From Octopus vulgaris (lineage: Eukaryota), in the NCBI GenBank assembly GCA_951406725.2, contig OX597821.1, positions 53,816,001 through 53,880,000 of the forward strand: a DNA stretch of 64,000 bases. Direction: 5' to 3'. Numbering within the stretch: the first letter of the stretch is position 1; the number at the start of each line of letters is the position of its first letter. Position numbers and translations under genes: made by a program. This document shows positions 1-12,972 of the stretch, in pieces. The notes below the pieces were generated by a model. That model searched no databases. It was given only the letters and a program-made list of their open reading frames with translations, and was not told where the DNA came from.

Positions 1-373
1 TTTTGTTTGCGTATCCATGTGCTTAAAACTTACGCTTTGCAACAATGTAGCGACTCATTACATTACTTATGATAACTGATAACCGCCATCACGTAATTAT
101 TCATCATCTAAATATTTTTTTCTGTTTATATATATATATATATATATATATTTTAGTCAATTTAGGGTAGCAAAAAATTCAATAGAAATTTATCGCTACC
201 AGCGGCCTAGTGGAAAAGAGAAAATAGTCAAAGACTAAATATATAAATATAACAATTTAGGAGTGACCTTAACAGGCCATTCGTCCACCAGAAAGAGCAG
301 CCATAACTCACACCGCCAAGTAGTAGTAATTCAGAAATTAGGTGAAAATTTAAAAACATTTACCCTAATTCAT

Positions 374-473
374 CTTTTAGACGATGCATCGTTTCTGTGT
401 TATTAATGATTAAATTAGCTTAATTAAATTAAATTAAGCTAATCTACCATAGGTCACACTTCATCAGTAAAAA
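374..473 (-). ncRNA. Type I hammerhead ribozyme (inverted copy of 826-925)
   Basis: Reverse complement of the + strand motif (ttttagacgatgcatcgtttctgtgt...acacttcatcagtaaaa). Confidence 0.7.
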
Positions 474-825
474 ACCTGGGAGAGACAAATATACACGAGG
501 CGTCTGTATCGATGCCTCCGGAATATCTGTCTTAAAATTTTCAAGACCGACGTATTCGCGCCAAACTTATCAGCAGTAAATATAAACTGCCGATTCAATC
601 TCAGAATAATTCAGAAAATTATCAATTAGTCAATTTAGGGTAGCAAAAAATTCAATAGAAATTTATCGCTACCAGCGGCCTAGTGGAAAAGAGAAAATAG
701 TCAAAGACTAAATATATATTTACTGCTGATAAGTTTGGCGCGAATACGTCGGTCTTGAAAATTTTAAGACAGATATTCCGGAGGCATCGATACAGACGCC
801 TCGTGTATATTTGTCTCTCCCAGGT

Positions 826-925
826 TTTTTACTGATGAAGTGTGACCTATGGTAGATTAGCTTAATTTAATTTAATTAAGCTAATTTAATCATTAATAAC
901 ACAGAAACGATGCATCGTCTAAAAG
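826..925 (+). ncRNA. Type I hammerhead ribozyme with long stem II insertion
   Basis: Stem I tttta/taaaa; CTGATGA 832-838; stem II gtgt/acac enclosing hairpin ttagcttaatt/aattaagctaa; GAAAC 904-908; palindromic loop gatgcatc; GTC 917-919. An A.A mismatch replaces the usual 10.1-11.1 pair. Confidence 0.7.
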
Positions 926-1529
926 ATGAATTGGGGTAAATGTTTTTAAATTTTCACCTAATTTCTGAATTACTACTACTTGGCGGTGTGAGTTATTTCC
1001 CCTTCCTTTTTTCTTCTCTTTTCCTTTCTATTCTTCTCCTTTCTTCCCTTCTCCAAACTCACAGACACCCACACACACACACCTCCACAAAACAATAATA
1101 AAAAGAATTCTCCTTCTTTAAATCAAAAAACCATTTGACCATCCCTCATTAAACACATACACACACACTCTCTCACAAAGATAAAAGGAAATATAATTTA
1201 TGGTCTACCTCCCCGTCACCACACACTCAATAACACTACAAAATGGTCAAAACTGAAATTCTTTTTCCCTAAGATCTTAGACCTCCTTGGTGTAAGCATG
1301 CTGTCCAGCAGAGCAAAAACATTCTTTTCTCCTTCTTCCCTCTCCCTTCCCCTTTTCCTTTAGCACTCGTTCCAAATACAAAAGCACACGCACAGACACA
1401 CACACACATGCTCTCTCTCTCTCTCTTCTCATCCATCACCTTCTTGTACTGTCTACAAACTCCACCACTACAAACTCAATAACACTATTAAATGGTCAAA
1501 ACTTTTCACGCAGGAACTTTGTTCGATTT

Positions 1530-1660
1530 GAAAACCCCACCAGAGGGCGCACACTCTCCTACCCTGATGTAATCTCCAGGGATACAGGCATCCAGCAACA
1601 GGACCTCCGTAATGCCATGGTGGACCGTGAAGTCTGGCGTAGCATGGTAAATTTCATCCG
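1530..1660 (+). mobile_element. RTE-clade LINE 3' end fragment
   Basis: Translates to RGRTLSYPDVISRDTGIQQQDLRNAMVDREVWRSMVN, matching the GRP..W.D...AxDRxxWR C-terminus typical of RTE ORFs. Confidence 0.55.
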
Positions 1661-1718
1661 AATTTCTGAGTACCTCATTTCTTCTAATATAAAATACCTG
1701 TGCACCATCTCCAAACCT

Positions 1719-1750
<32 letters not shown>

Positions 1751-1754
<4 letters not shown>

Positions 1755-1969
1755 GTGAATGAATTATCCTATGTTTATCGTTTTGTTTACCATGTAGGCA
1801 GCCATCGAAATGTTTTTTGTCTTGTTGTCGAGAGAGGCTCCCTTTCTTTCCTGATGAGAAGATTGCATAATGCACCCTTTATTCCTTTGGAATAAAACCA
1901 TGTTGTCTTCGAAACATATGTCGAGAGTAAAGGAATTTTGTTAACATCTTCGTTCGACTCCATTCTTTC

Positions 1970-1972
<3 letters not shown>
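1751..1972 (+). mobile_element. ~220-bp HHR-bearing element embedded in a (TA)n tract
   Basis: Non-microsatellite segment between (TA)n at 1723-1749 and 1973-2030, containing a canonical HHR. Confidence 0.65.
1846..1927 (+). ncRNA. Canonical minimal type I hammerhead ribozyme
   Basis: Stem I ctttc/gagag; CTGATGA 1851-1857; stem II gaaga/tcttc with internal hairpin tttattcc/ggaataaa; GAAAC 1911-1915; palindromic loop ATAT; GTC 1920-1922. All core positions are intact. Confidence 0.8.
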
Positions 1973-2037
<65 letters not shown>

Positions 2038-2718
2038 GTTTGTATATATATATATATACATACACACACACACACATAAATACATAAACGGAAAATATTT
2101 ACGTGCGTATGTGTATGTGTGTGTGTGTGTATTGGCTGCGTTGTTAGTAGCAGACGATATGTCTAGCTGAAGAATTAAATATTTCAACATATAACAATCA
2201 CATCACTAGTCTTAAATACGGTATAGTTACTGTAAACAAAATAAGTTATTTCAGCAACTTTAATGTGGTAAACACCTACCAGTACATATTAAAACCCGTA
2301 AGACTGGGATAAATATCAACAATAAAGAATTATTATTATAGAATTTTATATTAATTAATTAATTTATTTATTTATTTATTACAAGCTGGAAATATACAGA
2401 ATTATTTAAGTTATATTATGAAGACTAAAACTTGTTTTTCCTTTTGATCTTCGTAAAGATATCTCATTTTCTGATAAGGAAAAGTCAAATTTATGAGGGA
2501 ACTATGGCTTAGCATTTCCTTCACTTGATGAAAGCAGAAGAATTAAAGTCATAATTAATGTTTCTTCACAACTTCGAAAAATAAACATTAATCATACAAT
2601 TAAGTAATGCAACGATTTTCTACACAGTAATCACTTAATTTTACGTGAGAAGGAAATATATTATTGACACACACACGCACGCACATATTCACACTATATA
2701 TATATATATATATTGAGA

Positions 2719-2752
<34 letters not shown>

Positions 2753-2760
2753 ATATATAT

Positions 2761-3420
2761 ATATTCTCAATATAAAATAGTGTACATTTAAGCACAGGAG
2801 AAAATGCCTCAAAAGGTAGCTTTACACGCTAGAAGAAGTAGTCAAAAGGACCAAAACCGTATTTAAGAGCAATTTTGAAGGGAATGAAAATAAAAAAAAA
2901 ACCTTTACCTTGTTATTTTATTACGATCATACCTAGGTTTCAATTTTTTTTTAGTAAATAAATTAATTTGCTAGGCGAAATTCTCATCAATGACCGCGCC
3001 ATAACACTAACATATTAAGAGACAAATAACACGAGTCTCATCGCTTGCACGGTAATTTGATAAGTTATAATGTATAACGATGAAACTCGCGTTATTTGTC
3101 TCTTAATTATACGTTAGTGCTATGGCGCGGTCACTAATGAGAATTTTGCCTAGCAAATTATTTCATTTGTTAAAAAAAATTGAAACCGTAATAAAATAAC
3201 AAGGTAAAAGTTTATCATTCACTTCAAAATTGCTCTTAAATGTGGTTTTGGTCGTTTTGACTACTTTTTCTAGCGTGTAAAGCTGCCAGTTGAAAGCAGT
3301 TTTCTCTTGTGTCTAAATGTACAATATTTTATATTGAGAATATGTTGTCTATTGACTTTTTATACATGCTAGGCCACTGGTAGTGAAATTTCTAAAAAAA
3401 AACTCTCGCCACCCTATATT
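2761..3420 (+). mobile_element. Older HHR-bearing inverted-arm element related to 153-996
   Basis: Diverged inverted arms 2761-3043 / 3078-3343. The tail 3344-3420 (ctaggccactggtagtgaaatttcta...caccctatatt) is similar to the reverse complement of the 153-245 module. Begins at (TA)n. Confidence 0.7.
2924..2996 (-). ncRNA. Degenerate type I hammerhead (C3>U)
   Basis: Reverse complement reads cggtca TTGATGA gaattt..aaatt GAAAC ctag GTA tgatcg. The + arm copy at 3128-3186 has CTAATGA and lacks stem III. Confidence 0.6.
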
Positions 3421-6010
3421 TTACGTACATACATATTTATATATATACATGTGTGTGTAGATATACGTGTGTGGTTGGAGGTATGCATGCATATGTGCGT
3501 GTATTTACAGACACACACAAGCACGTTTATATAATCCGTGAAACTGCCCGTGGCACCATTCAAATGAGGCTTGAATACAAGCGGTGATGGACGTAATTGT
3601 GCTGTTAGACTCCGGCTGTATGCGCTCTGAGTTTACATCATTCCAAGGTCAACTTTGCTTTCTTTTATCCTTTTGGTGTCAATAAAAAAATAATAGAACT
3701 GTGTATTGGCAAAGTGTTGGATAAGAATGGCTTCCCATCTCGATTTCGCTCTTTGAATTCTGATACCAAAAATCGCAACGATACTGCTGCCAAGCTATAA
3801 CGCACTTTGTCTTTCTATTCAACAATATTAGCGTAAGAGTCGCATGCGTGATCAACAGTTAAGCACTCCATAAAGACGAACTTTCCTGGTGCCGACACAT
3901 AATCTCATGGGACCTATAAAGACGCTGGATACATAAACATCTGTGCGCACAATCACTCAATGTTTTTATGAATATGTATGTCTATATGTATGTGTAGTTA
4001 CATGTATTCAACAGCACACCATTAATCGTCCACTGAAATTACATATCGCTACCAGAACAATTATAGCTATATTACTCATACTCCACCGGTGTTAACTAAT
4101 AAAACGACTTAACATAGTTTGAATACGAACGGTAATTTGTTGTCCACAATAGCAAACCAAGTAAGCAAGGACATATGATAATGTTGATGAGGAGAATGAT
4201 GATGAAGATTATGATGACGGCGCCAACAAAAACAGGGTGATGATAATCATGATGATCATAATCATGATGGCGACGACAACATTTATGATCATGATTGTGG
4301 TGGTGGTGTTGACGGCGGCAGTGATAGTGCTGATTGTTCTGGGGATTTCGGTATTGATTAGGAAGCAGTTATTAAATACAGCTTATTACTACTTTGTCTT
4401 TCATGCAAGCTACCATTATATCAAATGTAAGTTTCTGAAGTCATTTATCCAGCCTACTGAGAAATATATTTAACTTAGAACCCAGTGGATAACGTTTATA
4501 TAATGTCTTACTTTTGAATTCTGTCCATGACAAGACACTTCCATTTCGAAGAACCACTTTGCAAAGTTAATTATATGTATCATGGGAAAATGCACTTTGC
4601 TGCTCTAAATAGTGCTGATCTTATTTCATACTGCTAACGTCGATTCAGATAACCAATTAGCATAACATGTGGTTTATGTGTATTTTATTTCTTTACAGCA
4701 GGAGTTGGGGGTCTTACAAATTTTCGATTTTCATAAATTTAAACATCTCATACTTATCAATGGAGTTATATACCTATATTTCTGTTTGGAAGAACTAAGA
4801 GCATTTTGTGAAGAAATATAAAAAAATATCTTAAAACTATACTACACAGTGTGATTGTCTTTATCTTTGAACAGAGCATCGCGAGCAAAGGTTGGTATAA
4901 AGGGAGTTGCAGTACACTTGCGATGTTGGCAGGAACGTACGTTTCTGTGTCCGTGTGGATAAAATTTTCGCTTTGCAACAATGTAATTTTAAAGTCCGAC
5001 CTCGTTCCATGGTATCTTGAGCAAGTGTTTTTTAGCATTACCTCAAGTCAACCAAATCTTTGTGTGCGCCACTTTTAGATTGGAACGAAATGATAACTCG
5101 TCTGTTCTTGCAGATTTAACCCATTGCGCCTATTAACATTACAAGTAACCCAAACAATTGGGTCCCTTTAGTGTAATTATGATGCATTTATTTGGCTAAG
5201 ATGTCCAACATAACGCTAACTTGTGGCTCTAATTAAGCTATGAAGAGTGAAAACTGTAACATTTTCTATTATTCTAGCAGTTGAAAGGTAGTGTAGTGAC
5301 CAATACTAAATATAATCAACCGCAGCTTTTGTAGAAAAGAAAGTGGCCGCTAATACTAAAATTTTATTGTATCCGAACGTTGCAGTTTGTAATATCTATA
5401 GTACTGTTTGAACGACTAATATACTGTAAATACCTTTAGGCAAATCAGCTTACTCTGAATACATTATTGTAAGTAAAGGAATGAGTTAATATCCACTGTC
5501 ATCTTCTATTTATTCAGTTGACGTCCAGGAGGATATCTCAGATTTATAAAATATGCAATCTGAATTCATAAATAATTCAATCAATAATTTATATTAGCAT
5601 GCCCAATAATATGTGAAAATACTTCAACTAAATATGTTTGTATTTTCTACTGTACTGAGAATAAAAATTTTGGACTTATCACGCACAGTATCAGATCAAA
5701 TATTATTGACACATTCCGCATGGAAGTTTTAGAAATTAGATATCAAAGTGTTTCTGTAAATAAATGTATAACAAAATTATGAATAACTGTGTTTTCTGGA
5801 CGCTCAGTCAATGATTTTTATTTTCTAAACTAAGCGGTACTCCATTTAAGAAATATTAGTTTGTTGTATGTTAATAGTTTGCAATTAATATAAATCAAAA
5901 CAAATAACTATTGTTCGGAAAAATGTAAATCGGTACTTCGAATAAAAAAAATTATATTATTTTTGTATTTCAAGATAAACAATTTTCATTAGCTGATTCA
6001 TATAGTCTCA

Positions 6011-6851
6011 GGATCTTTGAGAAATTAAATTTTGTTACTAAACACTTTCAAACTTCGGACACTGGTAGAATCTGTCATATAGTGATGTTGAGAAAAGTTT
6101 GTATTTTCAAAGTTATTTCGTGTTAAAGTTGTCGTATTTCGGTAATTTCAACCAATCAATGACGTATATTCAGCTGAATAAAATTACTACTGATGTTTGT
6201 CAGAAGCAACTTCCGGTGGTGTATATTTCGTTTGTCACTGTTATTTATGACATGTTTCATCTCAGTTACGTTTGTATGAATAAACGAGTGTATCTGAAGC
6301 ATGTTTACTTCATGACCCACCACAATCGTTCGTGCATTTCTACTGCTTTTAGTTTTTTTCCTGTTTTTTAGCTACTATTTTCGGAAAAACGTTTTGCCCC
6401 TTACCCCTCCCCCTCCAATTCCTTCATTTTTCACCTTTTTCTGTAACTCTAACCCTAACACCCCAACCCTAATCCGTATCCCTAAAAATTTAACCCTAAC
6501 CCTAAAACCCTAACCCTAACCTTAACTCTAAAACCCTAAACTTAACCCTAAAACCAGTACAAACGCACGAACTATGTCATAAATAATAGTGACAAACGAA
6601 ATATACACCGCCGATAGTTGTTGACAAACAACGACTGTGATTTCATTCAGCTGAATACACGTCATTGATTGGTTGAAATTACCGAAATACGACTATTTTA
6701 ACACGAAATAACTTTGAAAATATAAACTTTTCTCAACAACACTAAGGGTAAAAGATGTTTTATATGACACATTCTACCAGTGTCCGAAGTTTGAAAGGGT
6801 TTAGTTACAAAAAATTAATTTCTCGATCTGCCGTTCAAAGGGAAAAGATCC
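6011..6851. mobile_element. Foldback / MITE-like non-autonomous DNA element with ~240-bp TIRs
   Basis: Termini ggatcttt...aaagatcc; arms ~6011-6253 and ~6574-6851 are reverse complements with indels; no ORF. Confidence 0.8.
6444..6555 (+). repeat. Degenerate telomere-like (CCCTAA/CCCTAAAA)n array inside the foldback element
   Basis: taactctaaccctaa...aaccctaaccctaaaaccctaaccctaacc... Confidence 0.85.
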
Positions 6852-8559
6852 TAGACTCTTTCGTTTGTTTAATTATCCTAATGATTTTCCGTTGGGTATG
6901 ATTTATGCAATGATAAGGCTAGACAAACTTTAAATATCTGCTGGTAAGCTGAGTTTTTGATTTAATTATTTAATTCAATGTAATTTGCTTCGTGAATAAT
7001 TTAAAATGATTTTTCGAGTGCATTCTCTATCACAATTGCCGCCAACCGAATATGCTCTGTTTGGATATACTAAAGATTTAGTACTACATCTTGATGCAAG
7101 ATAAGAAAACCAGGATTTTAAACGTGTAGGAAAGCAATAGCCATGACTAAAACCCCTCAGAAATAGAGGTGGCTTCATTGAATTAGTAAAAGAATTGTGA
7201 TGGAGACATTCAGAAAGCTGCTGCTATCGCTGATCATATTGTTTATATCGATGTTGATGTCGTTGTTTTTCTTAGCCATAGTTAGTCTTGATTGAGCAGA
7301 ATTGTGATCAAAAGTAGTGAAATCCTATATTTCTTTGTAACTAGAACTACAATTACAAATGTGCATTTTAATTTTTCAGAACGGCAGATATAATTTCAAG
7401 AAATTTGGTTGTTATTTCTCTCATCGAGTAATTCCTTCCGTTCACGCATTGTCAAGGAATATCCAGAGGAGTGTTGTCTACGTTGGTGACGCTGTTTATG
7501 TTATCTACCTTGTGAGAAATACAGACCGAGGTCAAATTTGATCAAGCAGAATAACGATCAAATATAATCAAAACATGAACATCTCATCATTTATGAGTAT
7601 GCAGATTTCCTTCTTTAATATATCTTTAACATATTTAAGTGATTTGAGGAAGATGTGACAGCTATTTCTGGAAAGTTCAGCTATTAAGTAGAGTAGAGAC
7701 TCTGTTATCTGCAAAAGCGGATTGTAAGAGACTACATAGCTGAGGTGCACAGCTATTAAATGTTGAAGATTTGCCAAGCGTGAAGAGAAATGCATTTAGC
7801 TCCGCTGGATGTATGAAAGGTACATTTGAATGAAAGGTTGGAGTGAGCAGGTAAGAAGTGGTTGGGTTCTGAAGGCATTGGTTTAATTACATGACATTGA
7901 CACCTGTACTGTCATTGGAATTTACGTTACGCTTCTATATTAGATACAATATTTGTAGAGGTGACTATATAATTAAATCAATACGATTGTTTCATCCTTG
8001 TATCCAAAAAGGTAAAGCCAATGCTTAGCAAACATTGGAATAAAAATAAAAACATCGGATGCAAAATGGCCAGAAATAAAGTTAAACAGGGGCGTCTTTC
8101 ACTGTACACTTTACAGCATTAACACTTGCGTTTCTGCAACTATTTAACGTCAGCTGTGGATCATTACTCCCCATCAAGATTAATTAGTTAATTACACATA
8201 CCTTCGTGCGCATATGGTGCGTCAGGCAACTGTTCTTCAGTGTTCTAAATTGTTTGTCTCCACTTCTATGTATCTCCAATGTTCTTCACACTCAAACCAT
8301 CCTACAGGGTTCAATGACATTTATCCCATTATCTACTCAATCTGATTGATTCCCCCATTAGTGCCGTTCTCAATGTACTTACCAATGATTTTGTTGTTAC
8401 AAATTATGGTCAGTTAGTCATGTTTTTAGTTCTGTTACCGCTTCAGAATCTTATACAACGGGTGATACTCAGTTTTAGTAATGACTTGAAAGCAGCTACC
8501 ATGACTACATGAATTGCTTTAGGTGTCAATGTTGTCGAGAGCAGACTTAGCGTCGGCTC

Positions 8560-8773
8560 TTGCAAATTTATTCTATGGAACATCCAATATGTGCCTGCCG
8601 AAGGGAGAAGCAGAAACACTAGTATTCGGACGGTACTCGTTTCAGTAGTTTGGAATAGGGCAATGTGAAATATATTGCCATGCTTAAGGACACAACGCAC
8701 CGTTCAGTAAAGGAATCGAATCCGCGACCTTATGATCACAAGCAAGACAACTTAAACACTAGGCCCTGTGCCT
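8560..8773 (-). mobile_element. Degenerate tRNA-derived SINE
   Basis: Reverse complement has A box ggcctagtgtttaag and B box ggattcgattcc, followed by gttgtgtccttaagc. Confidence 0.55.
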
Positions 8774-9074
8774 ACACTGGAATCAAATATGTATGCATAT
8801 ATAAGTGAGTGTATATTATACCCTCGTGTGTATTCAAATATACTGAGAAAGCTTCATGAAGTGGATGTAAACGTAATCATGAAGCACTAGGAAACAATAT
8901 TATCTTCAAAATCAGATCAACCAGCGCCAAGAGAAGAAACGCATCTGAAGGCAAGGACATTATACTTCTTCATTCACAAAAGGCTATGCTATATAGAAGC
9001 AAAACAAGAAAATATATATAATACACACACACACACACACACCCACACACACACACACACATATATATATTAAA

Positions 9075-9440
9075 AAGCTTGCCTCCAATCCACATCTTTC
9101 CAGGTTCAGATCCAATGTGTAGCAGCTTGGGTAAAGCCATTTGAATGGATTTGGTAGTTTGGTAGACGGAAACTGAAAGAAACCTGCCGTATATATATGG
9201 GGGTGGATGCATGAGTGTGTATGCATGTATGTATTATGTATGCGTGTGTCTTTGGGTTTTGTATCCCATCACCGATTGACAACCGGTGTTTCTGCCCATG
9301 TAACTAACAGTTTGGTAAAAGGAAACGATAGAATAATTACCAGGCCTTAAAATATTATAAGCAATGGAATCGACTTGTTCGACTAAACGCTTTTAGGCGA
9401 TACTCCAGTATGGCCACACTTCAATGGCTAAAACAAGTTG
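9075..9440 (+). mobile_element. SINE family A (degenerate)
   Basis: Shares ggatttggtagacggaaactgaaag, the internal microsatellite, ttgacaaccg and ctccagtatggccac with 24829-25280. Confidence 0.7.
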
Positions 9441-9589
9441 CACATATATATGTATACATATATGCATAAGCATGTACGTGTGACTGTATATATGTATACA
9501 CACTCAGGCACACACACGCACATATGTATACATATAAGCATATACACAGGCGCGCACATATATATAAATGAAGATAACTATCTATCTGT

Positions 9590-9696
9590 CTATCTATATA
9601 TATATATATATATATACATATATATATACATATATATATATATATACATATATACATATATATATACATATATACATATATATATATACACACATA

Positions 9697-9728
<32 letters not shown>

Positions 9729-9817
9729 CATATATATACATATATATATATACAAATATATATATACATATATATATATACAAATATATATACATATATA
9801 TATACATATATATATAC

Positions 9818-9870
<53 letters not shown>

Positions 9871-9883
9871 CATATATATATAC

Positions 9884-9928
<45 letters not shown>

Positions 9929-9984
9929 CATATATATATACATATATATATATACATATATATATATACATATATATACATATA

Positions 9985-10006
<22 letters not shown>
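9590..10006. repeat. Long (TA)n/(TATACA)n microsatellite block
   Basis: Seen directly; accounts for the YI-repeat ORFs. Confidence 0.95.
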
Positions 10007-10016
<10 letters not shown>

Positions 10017-10194
10017 TAAGTAGATAGATATAAATACATATATACGTATATATGTGCTTCGTTGTACCATTTATTTACTTTTATATATGTGTGTGTGTGG
10101 AGAGAGAGAGAGAGAGAGAGATAGATGAATAGATAGATAGATATAAATACATATATACGTATATATATGTACGTATACATGGGTGTTTGATATA

Positions 10195-10251
<57 letters not shown>

Positions 10252-11744
10252 TGCATGTATGTATGTATGTGCGTGTGTATGTATATATGTATGTATGTAT
10301 AAATCTTACTAAATTATATTTATGCTTGATTTCCTACAATAATTCTGTCAACAACAGCAATAAACAAACATCACTGTTATATTTGTTCCGTCTGTACTGT
10401 CCATATTGACATATATTTTTACATTTAATCTCCATATTAAACGTTTAAATTCATTTCAATATAATATTGGCAAATATGTATATTTTACTTCAGAAATTTC
10501 AGTGAAATATATTTTTATCTTCTATATGTTGTTCATGTGTTTTAATATTATATCTTCATGGCTGGTATCTATTTCAATATTCTATAAGCAAACTAATACG
10601 GAAATCTTTTTCTATGCGACCATCTTTTTCTATGCTAAATTTATCAAACAAATATCCTTCTGAAGGTCGAATTATTGCGAAGTCCAACATGTGGCTAAAT
10701 ATAGTAGGAAGCTATATCAGCTCAAAGAAAGAAAACAGAAAAACACCCGGGGTTATCTGCGTTAATGTCCGAAAGGTTCTGTGACGTCAGTGTCTATGGA
10801 TTGTCTGTGCCCTGTGTTACGCAGTAAACGGTTTTTATAAGGAAGAGGTTAAATTCTAGAACATTTGAAAAAAATGATAGCAGCCTACAGCTTCACGCTA
10901 ATTAGTCGATTTATAGATGAACCATGGGAAATTGCCGTGGCTCACTTGCAGTGTCTAACCGAGTATCTAGCGGTCAGGATTCGAATCACCGCTACAGTAG
11001 CAACGCAAACTAGTTAGCATTTGACTATTCTGAAAGTATTAAGATTATCACTCGCTTAGGCACTTACTCGCTACCAAACTCAGACAATTTATTAAACCAA
11101 ATATCTAATTACAAACAACTAACGACTAACCTAGTGTACACTTGATTGGTTCAGTTAATCATCTTAATTTTGGTATTGCAAATAATATTGTGTTTCCAAC
11201 GAATTGGAGAATTTTATTCATGTTAAGCTGAAAGGCACATATTAGTGATATCATCATATGTGGAAATAGCAAAGAGAACCTGACAAAAATATAACAATTC
11301 TTAAAATGTTTTTATAAAGCTTTTATCATAATGAGTAACGACAGTAGAAATTGATTTTTTATTCTCGGTTATTAATTACCCATAACGACTTGCGTCATGA
11401 CACTTCGCGTTTCATTTCACTTATTGGAATGACTGTACTTGCAATAAACAATCGGCATCAGAGATCTGTTCACTTATTTGAAAAAATGAATCATTCCTTG
11501 AACGAATAAGAGCTCTAATCAAAGCACAGTTCCGGCTCTCGCGAGATGTTTTGATAGCAATCAGTGATTTTAATATAGCTACTACAAAATAGATGATCAT
11601 ATGCTGGGAATCTATTCTAGCTCACACATTTAACTGAGTGCAATATTTATTATGTACATCCAAATACTCTACTATATATGAGCATCTCTTCGCCTTTCAT
11701 TGGAAAACGGCTATGAAAATGAGCATGCCAGCATGACATGTACC

Positions 11745-11976
11745 TATTTCTTTATTACCCACAAGGGGCTAAACATAGAGGGGACAAACAAGGACAGACA
11801 TAGGTATTAAGTCGATTACATAGACCCCAGTGCGTAACTGGTGCTTAATTTATCGACCCCGAAAGGATGAAAGGCAAAGTCCACCTCGGCGGAATTTGAA
11901 CTCACAACGTAACGGCAGACGAAATACCGCTAAGCATTTCGCCCGGCATGCTAACGCTTCTGCCAGCTCGCCGCCT
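11745..11976 (-). mobile_element. SINE family B, tRNA-derived, with 7-bp TSD
   Basis: Head aggcggcgagctggcagaagcgttagc, B box gagttcaaattcc, core ctttgcctttcatcctttcggggtcgataaa. TSD atgtacc at 11738-11744 and 11977-11983. Confidence 0.85.
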
Positions 11977-12913
11977 ATGTACCGCCTTGAAAGATACATT
12001 TGTGATGGTACATCCTGAGTAAGAACTATATTCAGAAATATGACGAGTGGAATCAAATATCATTGTGCTCACTATCACTTACACAGCAGTCGAGACTTAC
12101 CCCCCCCCCCCCCATAAAAGGATAATTCTGATAAGACGGAAATTTAGGTACTCAAACACGATACAATATGCCTACATTCTGACAGCAGAGGTCAGTAGAA
12201 CATGTATAGAATCAAAATTTGAATTTAATAGGCATTTATCTCGATTAACACACTTCAATATTCACGTACGCATTGTCTGGAGTAGCGCTGAAAGTCCATG
12301 CAACAACTTAATGGATTGAAGAATAAAAGAAATTAAATGTCATCATCAATTTCTACGATTATATATTTCTCTCGAATACAGTTAGACTACACAAGTTTTG
12401 AGTGAAAATAAGAAGACGAACGAAATGACATACTAGATGCTGACAGACTACTGAAGAAACAGAGGTTGGCAATGAACACGAAGATGGTATGTATTAGTAT
12501 TGTACTAAATGTTAATATCATTCACGAAAACTTAAAATATGTAGAGACACATCTTCACTTAGTGGGGAAGAAATGTCTGATTTAGTGATTAGTTAATACC
12601 ATATCAACACTCGATAATAAAAGTCCTAACGGAAGCACGCAGGATTTAAACTTCCTCGAATGTTGATTCTTTATGGTTATGATTATTAATTGCGAAAATT
12701 GCATTGGTGCTTTCTTTCAGTTAACTCGTGGGGTATCTTTTGCTCTTTCTACTCAATACTTATCTCTTAATCTTTCATGATGTGTTTTTACGACTTTACG
12801 GCGTGTGTGCATGTATTTGTGCTAAGGGAGAGAATCTTGCATCCTGTTCCTCTTAGCTCCTTATGCTTAATTGGAAATTTTGTGTATCATCTTCCTTCAT
12901 TATTCTCTTTCCC

Positions 12914-12970
<57 letters not shown>

Positions 12971-12972
<2 letters not shown>

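Larger units (their letters stand above)
153..996 (-). mobile_element. Non-autonomous HHR-bearing element (PLE pLTR / retrozyme-like): ~1.2 copies of a 473-bp unit plus a 282-bp inverted arm
   Basis: Direct repeat 153-245 = 626-718 (93 bp, period 473). Inverted repeat 303-584 vs 715-996 with one mismatch seen (taccctaatt vs aattggggta). Abuts (TA)n at 128-150. HHR core in both arms. Confidence 0.75.

Noticed and set aside
2515-2590. TTGATGA aag...ctt c GAAA possible HHR
   Set aside because: No stem III, UH triplet or stem I; could arise by chance in AT-rich DNA.
4237-4473. ORF resembling a transmembrane peptide
   Set aside because: Derived from a degenerate (ATG/ATC/GTG)n simple repeat.
9421-10256. 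Long ORFs of 150-220 aa (also 29421-29862, 35524-36264, 39135-39952)
   Set aside because: Translations of (TA)n/(CA)n/(AAT)n microsatellites that lack stop codons; not genes.
10782-10789. Perfect CRE palindrome TGACGTCA
   Set aside because: A single 8-mer in 64 kb is expected by chance, and there is no other promoter support.
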